DNA of 63,613 bases, the filler included, from Octopus bimaculoides (lineage: Eukaryota), in assembly GCF_001194135.2 (NCBI RefSeq). It is 5 parts of 5 records of this genome, joined end to end, with 100 filler letters (N's around TTAATTAATTAA, not from the genome) between each part and the next. Parts side by side here need not be neighbours in the genome. Positions count along the whole stretch, not along the records: positions 20,339 to 52,263 come from NC_069010.1; 4 more parts are not named here. One strand, 5' to 3'. This document shows, piece after piece, positions 41,617 through 52,363 of the stretch; within the stretch, counting starts at the first letter, position 1; each line of letters starts with the position of its first letter. The notes under the pieces were generated by a model that was not told where the DNA came from, did no database searches, and was given only the letters and a program-made list of their open reading frames with translations. The translations under genes and the position numbers were made by a program.

Positions 41617-41883
41617 CAATGTGCAGGTGGCACGTAAAAGACACCATTTGAGTGTGGCCGTTGCCAGTACTGCCTGACTGGCCTTTGTGCGGGTGACACG
41701 TAAAAGCACCCACTACACTCTCAGAGTGGTTGGTGTTAGGAAGGGCATCCAGCTGTAGAAACTCTGCCAGATCACATTGGAGCCTGGTGTAGCCATCTGG
41801 TTCGCCAGTCCTCAGTCAAATCATCGAACCCATGCTAGCATGGAAAGCGGACGTTAAACGACGACGCTGATGATGATGGTGAT
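41617..41883 (+). mobile_element. Family C interspersed repeat (RTE-type 3' end with (GAT)n tail)
   Basis: gtggttgg(t/c)gttaggaagggcatccagctgtagaaac...catgctagcatggaaagcggacgttaaacgatgatg. Other copies: 20466-20790 (-), 22125-22490 (+), 34602-34824 (-), 42980-43335 (-), variant 43650-43862 (+). Confidence 0.8.
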
Positions 41884-41884
41884 G

Positions 41885-42676
41885 TTAAATCGGGCGAATG
41901 CGCTGGCCATTCGATCAGTCCATCTGCCATTAAAATTGATGTCAGACCATTCACGAACACAATGCGTATAGTGGGGTGGAGACCCATCCTGTTGGAAGTG
42001 AATGTCTCTTTGTTATTGCATTTGAGGAAAGAAAGAGGTTTGAAGCATGTTGAGGTACCGTTCTCCAGTGATTGGCTCATCAAAGAAGAATGGGCCGATA
42101 ATCCCATTGCAGGGGCCAGACAGTTACTCCTGGGAGGTTAACTTCCTTCTCCAATACCACATGTGGATTTTCATGACTTCAATACAAGTAATTTTGTCAA
42201 TGTGGCCATTTAATTTAAAGCATTTGACCACCAAATCTTATCCTATAAAGTTTCGTCGTCAAGTATCGACGCAAGGAACATCTCCAAAAACTCAAGTCTG
42301 CGATCAGCATCTCCATCGTGCAGAGCAGGGAACAGGCAAGGAATGTAGGGCTTTAAATTCCTTTCACACAATAAGTTATGCACGCTCTGGCAACTGATTT
42401 TGAGTTCACGGACTGTTGATTAGACTAGCTTGCAACTGCTCACCTTTTTCATCAGATGTTACAGTAGCGAGTCGTCCAGATCTGGGTGCGTCGTTTACAG
42501 AGCCCATTGTTTCAAACATGCTAACGAGTGATTTGATGTTGCTGCCCTGAATAGCATGAGTATGAAATTCTTCATTGAGGTAATGACTAACCTCAGCTGC
42601 ATTTGAGCCACACTGATAGTAATGAGTAATGTCAGAGAGCAGTAATTTGTTGATTCCGATTCAGTCTAAAAGCCAT
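41885..42676 (-). mobile_element. Decayed Tc1/mariner transposase, rosa/DD41D-like
   Basis: FETMGSVNDAPRSGR, IIGPFFFDE..TGERYLNML, FQQDGSPPHY, IEWPAHSPDLT motifs across broken frames; ATG at 42676. Confidence 0.65.
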
Positions 42677-44055
42677 GTTCCTCGAGGCCTAGTGATGATG
42701 ATATATATATGTATGTATGTATGTATATAAAAATATAAGGAGCAAAAATACTGGAGATTCAGTAAACAACACGTAAAATTATGAGTTGAAAATATATGAA
42801 GAAAAATGCCTTCGTTTCGCATAGTTTAATATTTTTTTATATAAATATATACATATTATATGGATGTTGTAGAATCCGACTGGTTTTTGCTATTTAAATT
42901 AGCTTTTCAAGGGGCATTGTATAGTGATTAATTCGCATGATGAGGAGGTTTCACCATCTTGGCTGTTTGATATATATATCATCATCGTTTAACGTCCACT
43001 TTCCATGCTAGCATGGGTTGGACGATTTGACTGAGGACTGGCAAACCAGATGGCTGCACCAGGCTCCAATCTGATCTGGCAGAGTTTCTACAGCTGGATG
43101 CCCTTCCTAACGCCAACCACTCTGAGAGTGTAGTGGGTGCTTTTATGTGCCACCGGCATGAGGGCCAGTCAGGCGGTACTAGCAATGGCTACACTCAAAA
43201 TGGTGTTTTTTACTTGTCACATGCACAGGAGCCAGTCCAGCAGCACTGGCAATGATCTTGCTTGAATGTTTTTTCACGTGCCACCGGCACAAGTGTCAGT
43301 GAGGCGACGCTGGTAGCAATCACGCTCAAATGGTGCGATGGCTGTCCACTCATAATGAATGAAGACCATCACTAACCATACCCCATGTAAAATGTCGGCG
43401 ATGTCCATGCTAGAGGTTATTGCACCAGCAATCAGATTCACCCGGGTCCACAGCCGCACCCTTCCCTGCTCACTGGAACAGAGCTCTAACGACTGAACCA
43501 TGCACATTCACAGGTACATCAGACCCTTCAAACTATCCATCCCATGCCAGCATGGAACACAAACTTAAATGGTGATGGTCTCTCACGCACACACACACAC
43601 ACACACTCTTACACGTGTGTGTGTGTTACTGTCACCTTGTCTTAACATCGCATGATGACGATTGTAAATGAGCTTCACTGTCATACAAGTAGTGTCTTGC
43701 TTTTCCTGTCTTCTTCTGCAGAAACATGCCTGGCCATGGGGGAAATATTACCTTACATTGGAAGCAGGTGAGGTTTGGCAACAGGAAGGGCACCGTCCAG
43801 CCGTTAAAAACCCCCCATGGAATTCCATCTGGAACAGTGGGCATTAAAACGATGATGATGATGTATTTATTATAATTCATTCTCCCCACCGCCACCACCA
43901 CACTAGCCGCTTCCCCTGTCATTCTGCTCCTTAAAAGTACAACTCCTGCTCATTCCCAACTTTTCTGCCCTCTACCCCGCTCCCCTCACCACTCTTCACT
44001 CTTCTCCTCCCACGACCACCACCACTGACCATTTACTGTTGTCTTCTACTTTCAG

Positions 44056-44258
44056 TTTCACGCCAGGTTCCTGTTCACTCACTGCCTACAAACTGACCCC
44101 TAGTGGTTACGAGTGGGGTCGACAGAACACTGACACGGGTAACAACCCCAAGGGCTACCTACCGTCCCACTACGAGAAGGTACAGATGTTACTCTCTGAC
44201 CGATTCCTTGGATTCTTCATGGTTCCAGCACAGAGTTCCTGGAATTATAACTTTATGG
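44056..44258 (+). CDS. PRPF8: PRPF8 exon [26 protein letters not shown]...SSWNYNFM(G)
   Basis: Translation match; tttcag acceptor, gtgagt donor; 203 nt. Confidence 0.97.
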
Positions 44259-44297
44259 GTGAGTTGTTTGTTGTTATTGTTGTAGTTGCATAAGCGT

Positions 44298-44660
44298 GGA
44301 GGTGCAATGGCCCAGTGGTTAGGGCAGCGGACTCGCGGTCATAGGATTGTGGTTTCTATTCCCAGACCGGGCGTTGTGAGTGTTTATTGAGCGAAAACAC
44401 CTAAAAGCTCCACGAGGCTCCGGCAGGGTATGGTGGCGAACCCTGCTGTACTCTTACTTCCTGTTTCTGTTGTGCCTGTAATTCAAAGGGTCAGCCTTGT
44501 CACACTGTGTCACGCTGAATCTCCCCGAGAACTACGTTAAGGGTACGCGTGTCTGTGGAGTGCTCAGCCACTTGCACGTTCATTTCACGAGCAGGCTGTT
44601 CCGTTGATCGGATCAACTGGAACCCTCGACGTCGTAAGCGACTGAGTGCCAACAACAACA
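44298..44660 (+). mobile_element. SINE family D (tRNA-like head, (CAA)n tail), full length
   Basis: Head GG(T/C)GCAATGGCCCAGTGGTTAGGGCAGCGGACTCGCGG...GGTTTC(G/T)ATTCCCAGACCGGG. Other copies: 27312-27625 (+), 36313-36635 (-), 49072-49353 (-), 59979-60303 (+). Confidence 0.82.
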
Positions 44661-45000
44661 TACCTCATTAAGTGGTATCTGTCTTTGTGTGGTGCTCCTG
44701 TCATGCAGGCTCCTTTGCATGGTGGTGTGAGCTGAAGGAGATTTGGCTGCTGTTTCTAGCCAATGGAGTGATTGTGTAGAGGTTGCTTCCAAACACACAA
44801 CAGGGTTGTGGTGCTAGAATTGTGCCAGAATTATGAACCTATGACAGTGATGTTGACGAGGGACATTAATGGTGCTAACAAGGATGTTCTTGACAACGAC
44901 AATGCTCTCACCGGCACTTCAATTCTTCAAGATGTTCCTTCACAAATTTCTCCCTCTCTCTCCCTCCGTCTCTTTCAATTTCTCTCTCTATTTTCCTCAG

Positions 45001-45155
45001 GTGTCCGACACGACCCCAACATGAAATATGACTTACAGCTTGCCAACCCAAAAGAGTTCTACCACGAAGTACATCGACCTTCACATTTCTTGAATTTCTC
45101 CGCCTTGGAAGACGCCGAGAACGTGGGTGCCGACAGAGAAGACCTTTACACATAA
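45001..45155 (+). CDS. PRPF8: PRPF8 terminal coding exon (G)[50 protein letters not shown]-stop
   Basis: Matches the Prp8 C-terminal tail; long pyrimidine tract and cctcag acceptor; TAA at 45153-45155. Confidence 0.97.
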
Positions 45156-45512
45156 CAAAGACCCTTTTTTTCTTTCATTCTTTTTTTTTTTTGTGGATTC
45201 CTTGTGTGTTTGTCACTTTTTCTCCTCCTCCTACTTCTCCTTCTTGGGTCTCTTTTCTTCCCCTTGGGCCTGAGCAAGGGTATATCCCCAACAAACTTAT
45301 ATATATATATCGAAATATGATGTATGTATATGTATGCATGTGTGTGTGTGTATATATGTACGTATAGGTATGTAGATGTATATGTACGTATATATATATA
45401 TATATATACACACACATATATACATACATACATATACATATATATGTTCAATTTTCTTGTCTGAAGAAATTTCCTTCCCAATTTGTTCAAAATTTTTTTC
45501 CAATTCTATTCT

Positions 45513-45715
45513 GTTGCCATGGTAACTGTGTTGTCATTGCTCTGTTACTGGTTGCTATGTGGCCTCTTGCCATAGTAACACTAACCATCCCATCATCTTT
45601 GTGGCCTGTCAGCATGGCAACACAAGCGCGTTCTTTTTCCATTAAAACCATTTTCACAGTAACAGCAACATCAGTTTTTTCTCGACGCCAGTGTGTCTCC
45701 TGTTGTCATGGTAAC
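45513..45715. promoter_or_regulatory. Cluster of four RFX X-box-like 14-mers downstream of the PRPF8 stop
   Basis: GTTGCCATGGTAAC 45513-45526, CTTGCCATAGTAAC 45566-45579, GTCAGCATGGCAAC 45608-45621, GTTGTCATGGTAAC 45702-45715 versus consensus GTNRCC-N0-3-RGYAAC. Motif match only. Confidence 0.35.
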
Positions 45716-45790
45716 AGTGTCCTGACTCTCAGACTTCTGACCTAAGTCCTCGGGTCTGCTAATCATATCATTTTCGCCATTCGTCATGAG

Positions 45791-46101
45791 CAGGGGTTCT
45801 CAACCATTTTTTAATCTATGAACCCCTTTGATTACTGTCTTATTCTGGTGGGCCCCCATAGCCATTCGATGTTTAAAAACTAAGTTTTCTAGAAACTTCT
45901 TTCAAAATTCCTATTTTGTTTTCCACACATTAACTTGTGTAGGTTGAACCATGTCAAAATATTCGAGAGGGAAACTAAGCTGTTGTCTTGCAATACATAC
46001 ATCTAAAGCAAAATGTTTTCAAGAGCCCTTAAAATGCTCTTTCATGGACCCCCCCCCCCNNNNNNNNNNAATCTTATATGACTCCCAGTTGAGAACCACT
46101 A
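45791..46101. mobile_element. hAT-type MITE with perfect 8-bp target duplication
   Basis: TIR CAGGGGTTCTCAAC / GTTGAGAACCACTA; GTCATGAG at 45783-45790 and 46102-46109. Confidence 0.88.
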
Positions 46102-46496
46102 GTCATGAGGGCCATGTTTTGTATCATAGTGGCTGGACGCGTGTTTTGTTCTCTTACAGACCAACTCACCTGCTGCAGGACTAACCTCACTGGCCCCCTG
46201 CATCTTGTTGGACAGAAGAAGAAGACACACACAACTGCACATCCAGACACAGAAATGTGCACTCGCCTGCTCACACACACTTACTCACACATCCTCTGGC
46301 CTTCTAAATTCTGCAGGGATTCGTTCCAACTATCACATCAGTTTTCTCAGGCTGCCTGCATTGGCCAGCCCCTTCTGCTTGGGTTACTGTATTCCAGGGT
46401 CCACCTCCTTTCTATTATTGGTGACAAGGAGAGGCTACAGGCAGTGGTCTTTGTTTTATGAAATAAGTGTCAATCACTGGACTATGTCAGAATCAC

Positions 46497-46985
46497 TAAC
46501 ACCCCGTTCCCTATTTCCTAGGGGCTATACACACTTGCCTTTAATATTATGGGGTCACACTACATGTGATATTATCATAGCACCCATCTCTTAGGGCCCT
46601 ACACTCTGGTTCCATATTGAAAACCTGCCTCTTACATTAGTGATGGTGAGTGAGGGTACTAGTGTACAAGCAGGGGTCTTTGCTTAATGAAATAAAAGGG
46701 TCACTTACAAAGGGAGCCCCCCACGCCATTAATGGGCTATATTGGGATCCTTAACACCCAGTTCGCTATTTCATAGCGGCCACCCACACTGGCCTTTAAT
46801 ATTATGGGGTCACACCATGCATGCGATATCACCATAGCACCTATCTCTTAAGGCCCTACACTCTGGTTCCTAGAATCTGGGGTCACATATTGAAAACCTG
46901 CCTCTTAAGTTATTGATGGTGGTGAGTGGGGGCCAGTATACAAGCAGCAGATTTTGTTTTATGTAATGAGGGGGTCACTCACAGG
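46497..46985. repeat. About 255-bp tandem duplication
   Basis: taacaccc.gttc.ctatttc...gcctttaatattatggggtcacac...tattgaaaacctgcctctta begins at 46497 and again at 46752. Confidence 0.8.
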
Positions 46986-49509
46986 GGTACCCCTAGCAAC
47001 ACTGGATCATATCATGGAGAGTCCAGATGTGACATGGAAGTGGAGATAGGGATCGTGTGGCTCCTGTGGCCAGTTGGGTCATGTGGATGTAGTATAGTGC
47101 AGACCAGCACGTGGACAACTGAAAGGTTTAGCGATAGTAGCACTCAATACAGGACAGTTTAATTAGCAGTATTAATTAGTTCTGTAACATTATTAATCGT
47201 ATGGAATAGCGGGGAGAAGAATAGTGGTGTGTGTGGTGGGGAAAGAAATGATTGGTAAATTGATGTGGGGTAGGAGGAGAGATGGAGTGTGGATGTGACA
47301 GTAGTGGCGGCGGGGAAGGGCAGGGATAAGCGGTGGAATGGCGGCTGTTAATTTACATAGTAAATTAACAATTTCATNNNNNNNNNNNNNNNNNNNNNNN
47401 NNNNNNNNNNNNNNNNNNNNNNNNNNNNNNNNNNNNNNNNNNNNNNNNNNNNNNNNNNNNNNNNNNNNNNNNNNNNNNNNNNNNNNNNNNNNNNNNNNNN
47501 NNNNNNNNNNNNNNNNNNNNNNNNNNNNNNNNNNNNNNNNNNNNNNNNNNNNNNNNNNNNNNNNNNNNNNNNNNNNNNNNNNNNNNNNNNNNNNNNNNNN
47601 NNNNNNNNNNNNNNNNNNNNNNNNNNNNNNNNNNNNNNNNNNNNNNNNNNNNNNNNNNNNNNNNNNNNNNNNNNNNNTATTTTAATTTATTGCAATGATC
47701 CTAAGATCAATGCCAGAGGAGTGGACGCTCTTGGGAGGGTCTCCCAAACTGGACAGGTCAAAGGATAGAGACCAGACTAATACGGATCACCTCTTCCATT
47801 AGATAAAAATGGGTTTGCTTAGGGGCTAAGATCCCTACCCAGAAAAAAAACAGAAGAGCATTGATTCAAAGACTAGTAAGACGTATGTGTCTGTCTTTGT
47901 GACTGTCTTCCACCACCTGACAACTGGTGTGGGTTTGTTTACGTCTCTAACTTAGCGGTCCAGCAAAAAAGAGCAACAGAAGACATATTTGTTACAGTGG
48001 TCGATTTGTTTGACTAATTCCTTCAAGCCCCGTTACTACATTGACCCTAAGAGCTATGCCAGAGGAGTGGAAGGGCCAACCATGCTGGACAAGTCAAAGA
48101 ATAGAGGTCAGTTTTATAAGGACCATCACTTACCCCTAGATGAAAATGAGTTTACATAGGGTTCAATATGTGTACCTAGGAAGAAGCAATGTTACAGGAG
48201 CATCGACGACAGTTCAAAAACCAGAATCTGTGTGTGGCCTTGTGACTGTCCCCGTCACCTAGAAGAGCTCTGTGTATGTATGTTTGTGACCGTCGCCAAC
48301 CATTTAACAACTGGTGTTGGTTCATTTCTATCATGGCTGTGATATATATTGCAAGCAGGGAAAGGAGTTGGGGTTCGTCGCTGGAAGATGGTAAGGGTTC
48401 GCTCCGCTGATTGCAATATATACCGGGTGCAGAATGCATCGAATAACCATCTGGAGGAGGCATCTGCCTGAGGTTAAAATGGTGGTAACGTCGGTTCCTA
48501 CGGAACAGCCATATTGAAGAGGAAAATATTGTTTTCTTTTTAAATGATCACTTTATTTATTCATTTCTTTTTGTCACTTAAGACATGCTACTTTCTCGTA
48601 GCTGACACTGGTTTACAAACATTTTTTTTTGCTCTGAGCCAAGGATGTGAATAGGCATTTTTTTTTTCACTAATTTTGATGTGAATTNNNNNNNNNNNNN
48701 NNNNNNNNNNNNNNNNNNNNNNNNNNNNNNNNNNNNNNNNNNNNNNNNNNNNNNNNNNNNNNNNNNNNNNNNNNNNNNNNNNNNNNNNNNNNNNNNNNNN
48801 NNNNNNNNNNNNNNNNNNNNNNNNNNNNNNNNNNNNNNNNNNNNNNNNNNNNNNNNNNNNNNNNNNNNNNNNNNNNNNNNNNNNNNNNNNNNNNNNNNNN
48901 NNNNNNNNNNNNNNNNNNNNNNNNNNNNNNNNNNNNNNNNNNNNNNNNNNNNNNNNNNNNNNNNNNNNNNNNNNNNNNNNNNNNNNNNNNNNNNNNNNNN
49001 NNNNNNNNNNNNNNNNNNNNNNNNNNNNNNNNNNNNNNNNNNNNNNNNNNNNNNNNNNNNNNNNNNNNNNNTGAAATTAACGTGCAAGTGGCTGAGCACT
49101 CCACAGACATGTGTACTCTTAAAGTAGTTCTCAGGGATATTCAGCGTGACACAGAGTGTGACAAGGTACAACAGAAACAGGAAGTAAGAGTGGGAGAAAG
49201 TTGTGGCGAAAGAGTACAGCAGGGTTCGCCACCATCCCCTGCCAGAGCCTCGTGGAGCTTTTAGGTGTTTTCGCTCAATAAACACTCACAACGCCCGGTC
49301 TGGGAATCGAAACCGCGAGTCCGCTGCCCTAACCACTGGGCCATTGCCCCTCCACTATACTGCAAATAAATTCAAAATATAATGCATTTATTACAAATGC
49401 ATACTACAGAAAAAAGAACAGCATAGATACAGAACATTGGAACTAAACTACTTGGAAAATACAATACACACAAATCATTGTACACCATAGTTGGGAGGTT
49501 TTTTTTCTG

Positions 49510-50023
49510 ATGATCTTGTGTACTATGCCTCTGGGATATCATGCAAGAGCATCCAGCAACAGTCCTCCATCATACTGGGTTTCCACTTGCCTTGGTAGCT
49601 GCTCTCCATCTTAATAATATCTTGGTAGAACCTTTCTCCTTGCTCATCACTTTCTACTCCAAGCTTCGGAGGGGAGAAGTTGAGGTAGGAATGGAGAAAG
49701 TGAATTTGGAGCGACATTCGGCATCTTGTATCCTCAAAAGACTGTAGCAACTTCTCGATACACTTGGTAATCTCGTACCCGTGTGTTACCTAGGAAGCCA
49801 TGACAGACCGACTTAAATGCTTCCCATGCTCTCAGTTCCTTTAAGGTAGGAAGCTCCCCAAAATCTTTATCCTTCAGTACCCCTTGGATCTGAGGTCCAA
49901 CGAAGATACCCTCCTTGAGCTTAGCAGAATTCAGAGCTGGGAACAGAGTGCACAAGTGTTGGAAGGCAGTGCCATTTTTGTCCATGGCCTTCACGAAATT
50001 CTTCATTAAACCAAGCTTGATAT
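49510..50023 (-). mobile_element. DNA transposase C-terminal remnant, probably Chapaev3/CMC-type
   Basis: IKLGLMKNFVKAMDK..KLKEGIFVGPQI, HFLHSYLNF, SDEQGERFYQDI, YQGKWKPSMMEDCCW; family name from recall only. Confidence 0.7.
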
Positions 50024-50288
50024 TATTCTTTCATAACACAGTGTAGGTAAAAATGCTCCGGAGTCTTAAGTCATCTGTCAAGTCACAGCTAGGACCTCAG
50101 ACAGATAATACTTTCGTTAAGACGTGCGCTTTGGCCATGAAGGCTGCTTTTTGCAAGACATCAATCTTGCATGGGATTTCCAGTTGCTTTAAGAAGTCTT
50201 GAAGTTTCAATGGGATTGAGCCCAACGCTCCGATCTCCACTGGTATCACTTTTACATTACCCTCTCGCATTCCAAACAATCTTGCCAT
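50024..50288 (-). mobile_element. RLE-type LINE 3' end (ORF C-terminus, 3' UTR, AAT tail) inserted into the Chapaev-like transposase
   Basis: ORF 50097..50288 KVIPVEIGALGSIP...LQKAAFMAKAHVLTKVLSV-stop is the typical R4/NeSL-like terminus; UTR ends AATAAT at the junction. Confidence 0.7.
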
Positions 50289-51162
50289 NNNNNNNNNNNN
50301 NNNNNNNNNNNNNNNNNNNNNNNNNNNNNNNNNNNNNNNNNNNNNNNNNNNNNNNNNNNNNNNNNNNNNNNNNNNNNNNNNNNNNNNNNNNNNNNNNNNN
50401 NNNNNNNNNNNNNNNNNNNNNNNNNNNNNNNNNNNNNNNNNNNNNNNNNNNNNNNNNNNNNNNNNNNNNNNNNNNNNNNNNNNNNNNNNNNNNNNNNNNN
50501 NNNNNNNNNNNNNNNNNNNNNNNNNNNNNNNNNNNNNNNNNNNNNNNNNNNNNNNNNNNNNNNNNNNNNNNNNNNNNNNNNNNNNNNNNNNNNNNNNNNN
50601 NNNNNNNNNNNNNNNNNNNNNNNNNNNNNNNNNNNNNNNNNNNNNNNNNNNNNNNNNNNNNNNNNNNNNNNNNNNNNNNNNNNNNNNNNNNNNNNNNNNN
50701 NNNNNNNNNNNNNNNNNNNNNNNNNNNNNNNNNNNNNNNNNNNNNNNNNNNNNNNNNNNNNNNNNNNNNNNNNNNNNNNNNNNNNNNNNNNNNNNNNNNN
50801 NNNNNNNNNNNNNNNNNNNNNNNNNNNNNNNNNNNNNNNNNNNNNNNNNNNNNNNNNNNNNNNNNNNNNNNNNNNNNNNNNNNNNNNNNNNNNNNNNNNN
50901 NNNNNNNNNNNNNNNNNNNNNNNNNNNNNNNNNNNNNNNNNNNNNNNNNNNNNNNNNNNNNNNNNNNNNNNNNNNNNNNNNNNNNNNNNNNNNNNNNNNN
51001 NNNNNNNNNNNNNNNNNNNNNNNNNNNNNNNNNNNNNNNNNNNNNNNNNNNNNNNNNNNNNNNNNNNNNNNNNNNNNNNNNNNNNNNNNNNNNNNNNNNN
51101 NNNNNNNNNNNNNNNNNNNNNNNNNTATTATTATTATTATTATTATTATTATTGTTGTTGAT

Positions 51163-51390
51163 AAGGCGGCGAGCTGGCAGAATCGTTAGCACGCCGGACG
51201 AAATGCTTAGCGGGATTTCGTCTGACTTCACGTTCTGAGTTCAAATGCCGCCGGGGTCGACTTTGCCTTTCATCCTTTCAGGGTCGATAAATTAAGTACC
51301 AGTTACGTACTGGGGTCGATGTAATCGACTAGTCCCCTCCCCCAAATTTCAGGCCTTGTGCCTACAGCAGAAAGGATTATTATTATTATT
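51163..51390 (+). mobile_element. SINE family B (tRNA head, Meta/MESC-like core, (ATT)n tail)
   Basis: A box AGCTGGCAGAATCG, B box GAGTTCAAATGCC, core gtcgactttgcctttcatcctttc.gggtcgataaattaagtacc. More copies: 17846-18041 (-), 18207-18410 (+), 18983-19437 (-, two), 20800-21985 (-, about six), 40610-41185 (-, three), 58280-58385 (-). Confidence 0.8.
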
Positions 51391-51868
51391 GATATTTTGG
51401 TGGTGGTACTGACAAGGACGATGGTGATGATGGTAGTCATGATGACAATGATGGTGGTTGGGGTGGTAATGATTATGATGATGCGGATGAGGATAAGGAG
51501 GCTGCTGCTGCCGACGATGGTCATCATGGTAGGAGTGCTGTTCAAGACAACAACATTGACAGCGACGATGATGATGACGCTGATGGTGGTGGTGATGATG
51601 ATGATAGTGAGGGTGATGATAATGGTGATGCTGATGATAATGGTGATGCTGATGATGCTGCTGCTGATGATGACGACGACGACGATAATCACGATGATGA
51701 CGGCCAGCCATAAATGTCTGTCCAAGATGTGTAACAGGAGATTACGTCTGATTTATGAAGATTTCCTCTGTAACTAGAAACTGCACACATACACATATAC
51801 ATACGCAACCACAAACACACACACACACACACGCACATATATGCATAGGGGCAGGCGTGGCTATGTGT

Positions 51869-52263
51869 AGGCGTAGGTGTGGCTGTATGGTAAGAAGCTT
51901 GCTTCTCAACCACATGGTTCTGAGTTCAGTCCCACTGCGTGGCACCTTGGGCAAGTGAGTATCTTCAACTATAAGCCTCGGGCCGACCGAAGCCTTGTGA
52001 GTGGATTTGGTAGAAGGAAACTGAAAGAAGCCCGTCGTATATGTGTATATATATATGTATGTGTATGTATGTGTTTGTGTGTCTGTGTTTGTCCCCCAAC
52101 ATCGCTTGACAACTGATGCTGGTGTGTTTACGTCCCCCGTAACTTAGCGGTTCGGCAAAAGAGACCGATAGAACAAGTACTAGGCTTCCAAAGAATAAGT
52201 CCTGCGGTCGATTTGCTCGACTAAAGGCGGTGCTCCAGCATGGCCACAGTCAAATGACTGAAA
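51869..52263 (+). mobile_element. SINE family A (tRNA head, CORE-like segment, internal AT/GT microsatellite), near full length
   Basis: A box TGGCTGTATGGTAAG, B box GAGTTCAGTCCC, then ggcaccttgggcaagtg (MIR CORE-like). Other copies: about 25940-26300 (+), 31215-31515 (+, two partial), 31590-31815 (-), 32328-32753 (-), 35210-35450 (+), 37080-37297 (+). Confidence 0.8.
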
Positions 52264-52363
52264 NNNNNNNNNNNNNNNNNNNNNNNNNNNNNNNNNNNNN
52301 NNNNNNNTTAATTAATTAANNNNNNNNNNNNNNNNNNNNNNNNNNNNNNNNNNNNNNNNNNNN

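Noticed and set aside
44298-44375. tRNA-like heads of SINE families A, B and D as tRNA genes
   Set aside because: Acceptor stems are incomplete and each continues into a conserved SINE body.
44772-45000. 76 open codons in frame upstream of the last exon, with a possible in-frame AAG acceptor at 44931
   Set aside because: No Prp8 similarity, weak acceptor, and a strong pyrimidine tract at 45000; chance openness is sufficient.
45641-45646. ATTAAA as the PRPF8 polyadenylation signal
   Set aside because: Single variant hexamer in AT-rich sequence; cannot be supported without 3' end data.
47700-48170. Two related segments with a GGGGCTAA..CCCTACC motif recalling RTE 5' HDV-like ribozymes
   Set aside because: I could not assemble the nested double pseudoknot by eye; too degenerate to call.
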